NCBI RefSeq assembly: GCF_009914755.1
Contig: NC_060929.1
Direction: 5' to 3' (one strand)
Length of the DNA: 64,000 nucleotides
Source of the DNA: the human T2T-CHM13v2.0 reference genome, Homo sapiens
The notes under the pieces were generated by a model that saw nothing but the letters and a program-made list of their open reading frames with translations, made no database searches and was not told where the DNA came from. Shown one piece after another: positions 56,266-64,000 of this stretch (positions within the stretch are counted from its first letter, which is position 1; each line of letters starts with the position of its first letter). The translations under genes were made by a program, and so were the position numbers.

Positions 56266-58768
56266 AGTTAAGCATAGCTAAATTTGAAGAACTGAAAGAA
56301 ATGCAATATAATTGCATCATGAAGTGCAAGAGGGGAAGTGGCAGGCGAGAAAGCCAGAAAGATTTGCATAGCCTGATTATAACAAGCCTCACTAGGCAGA
56401 TTAAGGAGTTACACTTTATGATAAGGGTAAGGGGAGGTCATTTAAGACATTTAAGTAAGAAATGGCTATTGAATACATATAAACTAGAAGTGTAGGATTA
56501 GCTACTTGATGGAATTACTGGGGATAGATTCTATTTCCTCTAAAGAGTATATGTCTGCCTCAACAGTGGAAAGGATAGTAGGAGGTAGTGTAATAGGAAA
56601 TGAGGTAGAAACATTTTAAATACAACTATGGGGCACAACATCTGAGTAGGCAATCAGAGGACTTGTAGATAGTGTTAATATTTAGATAGCATTGAAGACT
56701 AGGAAACTCTAATGGTACCAATCTCTGCATAATGTGGCATTTCTTCCACTGTGATTAGCAGAGAAAGAGGATGATACCATTAATGCAAGGTTAGATGTTT
56801 TCTAGTTGTATGTGGGTCAAGGCAAAAAAAAAAACCATGCAAATGTGTGCAAGATAGTGCTTCTGATGATAGAATTCTTGGTCTTGGCTAGTAAGGGAAG
56901 AGAGGTCAGCCTTTAAGGAACTGAAAGAGTAGGATTTGGAAGTCTGAGATCCAAGACAGATGTATTTTAAGAAACTTAATTAAATCTAGATCTGAAAAAA
57001 AAGTAGTGCTGTAGTGAAGCCATATATATGCCTATATACATTATCTTGTGTATATATTTATAACAAGCTTAAAAAGTCTTAAGGATTAACATACTCAGCT
57101 ATTGTTCTTGACGTGATCAGAATGAGTAAAGAAGAATTAGCAATGAAGTAAAATTCTCACTATGTCATCCAAGGTTATCGATGCCTTGTTTGTCTACCAC
57201 CTAAAGTTGTCTCATGACAACAAGCAATTAGCACCATAGTTCTGGAAATACTGTGTTAAGAAAAGGAAGATTCCTAAGAATATGTGCAGCATGTCATGGA
57301 ATTTGTATATTATGAAATGGGGTCTCACATGTCATAAAAAATGTAAGCAGCAGACATTTGGATCTGGCCAGAGCAAGAATAGCTGTATGAGAATGGGAAT
57401 TAGTAATGAAGATCCCTAGCCAAAACTTTTCTGGTTTTATTGGTCACCAAAGACATTAAGGTTTCTAAATGGAATGAGATTGCCTGGGCTATAAGATTTC
57501 CAGAATAATCAATTCCTAGCTTGCTTGATAGGAGATTAAGACCTCCGTGTAAAGAACAAATTGCAACTTTAATTGATTTTGCTTCTGAAGGAGACTTTGT
57601 TCTAGTGGGTAGGTAATGAAGTTTTCTAGTTTATTAGGATCTTTTATATTTTGAAAACAGTATGAGCCCTTAAGAAAGAAATGTACAGCCAAATCCTGGT
57701 TCATCTTTATCAGAAGGGCCTATGCTAGGACTGTGCAAACCTTTTATACCGAGACTTCACCCTAATTTCATCTTAGTTTGTTGACTTTCATTTGTTTTTG
57801 CCTTTGTCCTATTTTCCTTTACAGTGACATATAACCATCCTCCCCTTTACTAACTACTTATGGATGCAGGATGGAAAATATTTATACTATTTTTGCATAC
57901 TTTGAAGGTTTAAACATCAGCAAAGTGAAAACAACTGACCTCAAAACATGATCTAACCCAAAATGAGCACCTTCTGGGAGATGGTTTTCTGCTTGACAAT
58001 ACTTTGTAATGAACTTCATCTCTTATACTGAGGTAGATGTCACTATTAACCAAAAGCAGGAGCTCTGTAATGGAAGAATTGAATTAAGATGCAGATTTCT
58101 AAGCAAGAAGAGAAACATAGAGACCAGGATAGAGCACAGGGCTTGGATGGAGCATACCAACAAAGAGAAAATAATGTGAGGGGTTTAACTTTGTTTCTTT
58201 TACCCTGGATTTTAAAAACAGTCATATTAAGGATCAAGTTTATTTTTTATTTGTTGTATCATTCTTATTTCTTCCAGGTAGTCTCAAATCTCCCGTAAAC
58301 ATTTTTGCAACACAAAGTTTTCATGTCGTGGGATTGAAGGGACTTTAGTGGTGGGCAGTAAAAGGAAAAACAGGCTTCCATGTATCACAACTCAGCTGCG
58401 TTTAAAGCTCCATCAGCAGTGGTATATGGAGGAAAGCAGGAGCCTTGCAAATTTATTCTGTAACCAACTGCAAAGTTAGCAAGGGCTTATAGCCAAACTG
58501 AGAGCAACTAAAGCAAATAGTATCTAATGACTGAGGAAAAGAAGCCCTTCCCATGTCTATGGGTTTTTTAAATTTTCTAATAATGTATTGGTACAAGTCC
58601 CCCAGAAGGCTGAAGGATTAAGGAAACCCAGGTGATTGCAATCAGAACTATGTTCTGGGATTTATTTTCATAAGTGAATTTATTTAGGATATGAGTTATA
58701 GATATTGTATGATTTATATATGAATTTAAAGATAACTCTAAAACCTTTCTTAAAAAGCAGAGTATTAA

Positions 58769-58850
58769 CACCAACATGGCACATGTATACATACATAATA
58801 AACCTGCACGTTGTGCACATGTACCCTAAAACTTAAAGTATAATAAAAAA
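58769..58850 (+). mobile_element. Very short young L1PA 3' end with perfect TSD
   Basis: caccaacatggcacatgtatac...gtaccctaaaacttaaagtataataaaaaa; TSD aaaaagcagagtattaa at 58752-58768 and 58846-58862. Confidence 0.95.
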
Positions 58851-60592
58851 GCAGAGTATTAATTTATTAATCTGTCTAATGAGTTTAAATTTTCTTAGGG
58901 GTCAATCATGACTATATGTAAAGAGTTTAAGCAATGAAGCATATTTGTTTCAATAAACCAAACTTGACATAAAAATAATTAATATTAATTATTAATTGAA
59001 TAAATACAGCATGCTTTATCCCCAGACCTAAAGTAACACCATAAGTTTTGAAACAAGAATCATAACATACCAAAAAAAATTTACCATGTCTTCTTAAATT
59101 ATTACATATCTTAAGTGATAATATTTGATGGGGTTTCAAATTTAGCAGGGAAGCATTATTTTATATAACACATCCAAATTATTAAACTTGTTACACAATT
59201 TTGTGATATATTACATTTGTTTTAACAAAACTAATTAGTCATATAATTATTCTAATAGCACTGAAACTCATTTTTAAAGAGACAAATTTATATTCAGTCC
59301 AAATTTGGCCAATGTTAGTAACAGACAGACATGACTACTATGTAGACATCGATAGTAAGTAAACACTTTCTTTGGAACGCATTGGCATAATGGGAAAGAA
59401 ACGGAAAGAAATGTCTTTCTGGAGAAAGAGTGAGAAATCTTCAAGTCTATATGATTTACAGTGAAATTTATCCTCACAGGAAAGCCTAAGAAAATTATTT
59501 ATCAAGTAATTCCATACAGATAAGCATACTTATTTTCATAGCAATGTAACTAAGCTAAGGTCACTCAGGCATAGAGCAGGGTAAATCAGATGTTTTATAA
59601 TATTTTAACAGGTCTTTTTAAAATTAATGATACAATTTAATTTCTTGTATCTTAAATCTCAAATAAATAATCGTGAACATAAATACTAATTCACAAATAT
59701 ATGCCACTTGAGTCTTTTGGAGAAAGCAGTTAAACAACTGGCTTATAATCCATTTCTCTTCTGTTATCAGGGGTATGATCCAGGGAAAGAAAGAAAGGTA
59801 GGGGTATCAATTTCTTGTAAACAAGCTGACAACTAAACCTGCTACCAAATAGATGCTAGGATGAGAATCCTTATCTATGAATGTTTTCAGTAGGATGCCT
59901 CTAGTTTAGGATTGTTTCTGGTAAATAAATGTATTTACAATCTATGGATTTATAAAGTATAGCTCCATGGAAAATGTTATGTAAGCTATACAGCTATATG
60001 AAGACAGTTTATTACCTCAATACTCCCTTGTATGCTTGGTAGCTCATGTACCATACTTAGAGACTTCATCTGTTTTTCTGGGTCAGAAAGCATGTGTCTA
60101 ATGCAAAGAAGGACTGGGTAGTTGTCATCAATGTCCCTAAACTGCTTTGTCTTACCCAGTATTAGTAAACTGATACTGGGTAAGATCTCTTATTTGTGCA
60201 AGGCTGATTTGCCAGTCTAATCTTTTGAATTATTGCAACTCTTTATAGTCCTTTCTATAAATGTTGTATAAACTAAGAGTAAAACTTGAAAGGTTCCAAA
60301 TTCCCAGAAGTTAAAGAATGGTTAAGCCATCTACAACATAACTGTGAAATAGAATAGTATATTGCCAACTATATTTTGAAAGGTGAAATAATCAGTTACA
60401 TGCCAAAATCCACATGAAATTCTATTCAATGCAAAAAGAGAGAGTGCACTTCATGCTATGATTAAGTAACGTGGTATGTAGACAATGACAGGCATTAGAA
60501 GAAGTACATAGATTTTAAAAATAGAATTAAAATAAAAAATTGTGTTGTAAAGAGTTTTAGAAAAGGGAAGGTCAACATACGCAAGAAAAACA

Positions 60593-60957
60593 GTGTGCTA
60601 GTCTAGTCATTAAGACTTCACAAATATTCCAGTTCTTAAATACACATGGTAGGACTGCACTTCTCCATCCCTTTTCAAGTTATAAGTGTCTATGTGAATT
60701 TCTTTGGCCAATAATGCAAGAAGTAATATGTGCCATTTCTTACATACATTTTAAGAGCCAGTTTGTAATTTATCATGTTTTCTTCCCACTGCTTTAGTGA
60801 CTGTGGGAGAAACTGCTGAGATGTAGCCTTGTCAGCCCGAGACCCTGGGTATCTACAATGAGCAGAGAGCCCCTACTGACTCACACTGGATATATACTCC
60901 AAGAACTTCTGGATGAGCTTTCTCCTGAGCCATAAACAAGTTCATCTTGACTGACTC
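60593..60957 (+). mobile_element. MLT1 (old H/I/J-like) solo LTR
   Basis: catggtaggactgcacttctcc...tttctttggccaataatg...ttttaagagccagt...catcttgactgactca. Confidence 0.7.
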
Positions 60958-62418
60958 AGCAAGAAAAGGTTAATAGGAGTGTGATGTATTCATTTCATAA
61001 CATCTTTTTAAACTAAAAAGAGCTAAGCAAAGTTTGTGCAAACAAAGAATTTTAGTACTATAGGATATCAGTGAGGAGTACATAGCAGGGAGTGGACCTG
61101 ATAATATTGCAGACAAGAAACAAATGGGTGTAGAAGGTAACGCTAAAGAAAAGAGTGGAAATAAAGGTGGCTTGGATGTTTTATACCTGGCAGATAAATT
61201 GTAATGCCATTTATTTAGAGAGGGAATATTTGAGAGCAGAGGGGAAAAGTTGAGAATATTTATTTTTGCCCTGAGGCCATTAGATGTATCTAGCTGATGG
61301 CTGAAAATGAAAGTCTGAAATTCAAAAGAGAAGTCAGGGATATAGAGAAGACAGAGAAGAGAAAGCAGTCTCACACGTACTATGAACTGGTAATTCTTCT
61401 AAGTCTTTTAAATATAATATCTCCTATAATGATTGTAATTTTACCATTCCACTGGAAGAAATGAGGCACTCTAAGAGATTAAGCTACCCAGATTTGGCAG
61501 TACTATCCATAAAGGAACAAATAAAGCCTGAGAGATATTATAGAGGAAACAGGCAAGGAGACTGGAAAGACTATATTCAGGGGGCAGGCAAAAGAAACAG
61601 GACACTAAATAGGAACAGACACTTTTACAACCAAGTGACAGAGAATAGGTGCCACTGAGGCCAACAGGGAAAATATCAAGAAGTAATGGATTGTTGTTCA
61701 TGTCGAATGCTCCAGAGAAAACTAACTAGATTTATCATCTTCAAACTATTGAATTTTGCTTCCAAATAGATAACTTGAGAGGCAAAAGCTGAAAATTACT
61801 TCGTTTTTAATATACTGATATTCTGTAGGCTGTCAAACTGAACAAATCTCAAAGATGAGGCATTTTATGAGCACTACACCTCATGTTTGCCTAAATTAAA
61901 ATAAGAATTAAGTATCATTAGGAATACTTTTTAAATTTCTTCAGATAAAAAAAGTCTCCAGCAAAGATGACCCAACTGATGTTGAATGAACCCCTTAACA
62001 GGACTAAGTCATACAGGTAAATTAATCCCATAAATTGCTCTCAAAAGGAATCTGAATCTCAGGGCTGATGTTGGTGTGCCAGCAACACACGTTCCTGATG
62101 GGTCATAATGTTTAATGAGATGCATGGGAACCTCTGAATTGGATGAATATTCAAGTGATCTTCAGGGAAATCCTGAATTAGAATCAGCTCCAATAATTTA
62201 ATTGAAAGGTCACATAACTGAGTGACTATTATAAAATCTATAATATAATGGAAGCACTGTACTCGCACAAGTGGCAGTTAAGAACTTTAGGTCAAGGGCT
62301 TATCTCATTTTTAGACTCATAATAAGACAATACTCTTTACTTTTAGAAAATGTCAACATTCCTCTAAGGAAAAATTACTATATTACTTAAGAGAAAACAT
62401 TTGCACTTTTTCTATTAA

Positions 62419-62455
62419 CTATATCCGAAGAGGGTAAGGAAGGCGTATATCACAT
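62419..62455 (-). CDS. Probable terminal coding exon (M* in phase 0, or ..RCDIRLPYPLRI* in the other open frame); 3' UTR would run toward ~61.8-62.2 kb
   Basis: Acceptor tgtttctacAG|ATGTGA at 62457/62455; 119-nt intron from the upstream exon; ATTAAA candidates downstream (plus-strand tttaat at ~62197, 62111, 61806). Confidence 0.45.
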
Positions 62456-62574
62456 CTGTAGAAACATTTTTTAAAAAAATACTTGGAATACTATATGTTT
62501 TTGCCAATCCTTAGAAGTGATCAACGGTTCTTGCAGATACTGATTCTATTATTAGAAAACAGCTTTTGATTTAC

Positions 62575-62640
62575 CTGTTTGTCCAACAGGGGTCTCCGCT
62601 TTTGTTGTTTTGTACTTGTATTACTTTTATTCTTAAAAAA
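62575..62640 (-). CDS. Candidate internal exon, 66 nt (FFKNKSNTSTKQQKRRPLLDKQ; alternative open frame FLRIKVIQVQNNKSGDPCWTN)
   Basis: Acceptor gttttgctttcactAG| and donor cag|GTAAAT; length divisible by 3; non-repetitive sequence. Confidence 0.55.
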
Positions 62641-63463
62641 CTAGTGAAAGCAAAACTTCAAATACAACTTCACCTAAGTGAAGAATGTTTACAACATTTA
62701 ATGGTCATTTAGTGAATAAACTTAACCAACATAATAAGAATTAATTCAATTTTTTCATTAGAAAGTTGTTATCAGTTTCCAAGCAAAAACTATGCATTTA
62801 TATAACCCTGTTAGTCAAATTTACTTTCATATACTTCAGGGAATAATGTCCACTGCATACCCTCAAAACTAACAATATAGGACACAGCCAATTTTAAAAT
62901 TAAAATATTTTGAACATTGTCTACTCTGATTATAATTAGCACAGATGTTATTTACTTTTCCTTTATTCTCATCAAATGTAGATTAAAAATAAAACTGAAT
63001 TTCTGCCATCAAGATAATTAACATTTTATAATATAGTTCCATGTCATTGATATCCAACCTGTTCTTTATTTAAATAAAAATTTATTTCATTTTTTAAAAA
63101 TTGTATTTTAAAGTTTTCATGCCTATCAAACGCCCATTCTTAGGCACTATCCAATTATTTTCCATATCTAGGTATACATACAACCTGCCCATCCCTTCTC
63201 TGCTTGAGTTCCAATTAACTCAGAAATTCAGCAGGCTCCTTATGACTGCAATGTCAGTATCCTTCAAAGTCTTCTGCTCCACGTTGAAGTAACATATTAG
63301 TGATCTCAAAATAGTTCTTAAAATTTTCTTTCTATTATGCCCCTTTACAAGCATAAGTTAATTGGCCCAAGGCCAATATTTAAAAAAAAAAAAAAAAAAG
63401 GCCACATGACCTAAAAACGAAATGCTGCTTTTTTATAATTTTTAAATGTAATGTTTCCTGTAA

Positions 63464-63792
<329 letters not shown>

Positions 63793-64000
63793 AAAATAAA
63801 TAGTAACTTTCTAATAACATATATATATATACCTATATGTTTGTACCTATATATGTTCCACATTTTTTGTGTGGATTTTAGACACCCCTAAAATACATTA
63901 AATAAACTAGAAGCATTCAAATAACAAATAAAAATAATGATGGACAGTCATGTGATAAGCCAGAAAAACAATGAAGTCAGATGTGTCATTGTGAAAGACT

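Overview
AT-rich, CpG-poor primate (human-like) nuclear DNA, as shown by nine Alu elements with target-site duplications (TSDs). It is mostly intergenic or intronic and repeat-rich: L1, L2, MIR, MLT1, LTR16, MER5/MER53 and a Charlie hAT fossil. It also holds an internally deleted ERVL (LTR47-like) provirus at 31.3-33.8 kb and a 3'-truncated U6 snRNA retrocopy at 55.46 kb. Nearly all ORFs in the supplied track are chance or repeat-derived. The best host-gene signal is a minus-strand 66-nt exon (62640-62575) followed by a 119-nt GT-AG intron and a probable terminal exon; I cannot name the gene. No novel multi-gene system is supported. The oddities most worth checking are a 41-bp copy of ERV gag sequence outside the provirus, an unassigned ~1 kb coding-like segment at 20.5-21.5 kb, a hairpin plus E-box island at ~50 kb, an internally duplicated Alu, and some motif clusters. 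Repeat subfamily names are from recall of consensus sequences, and boundaries of old repeats are approximate.
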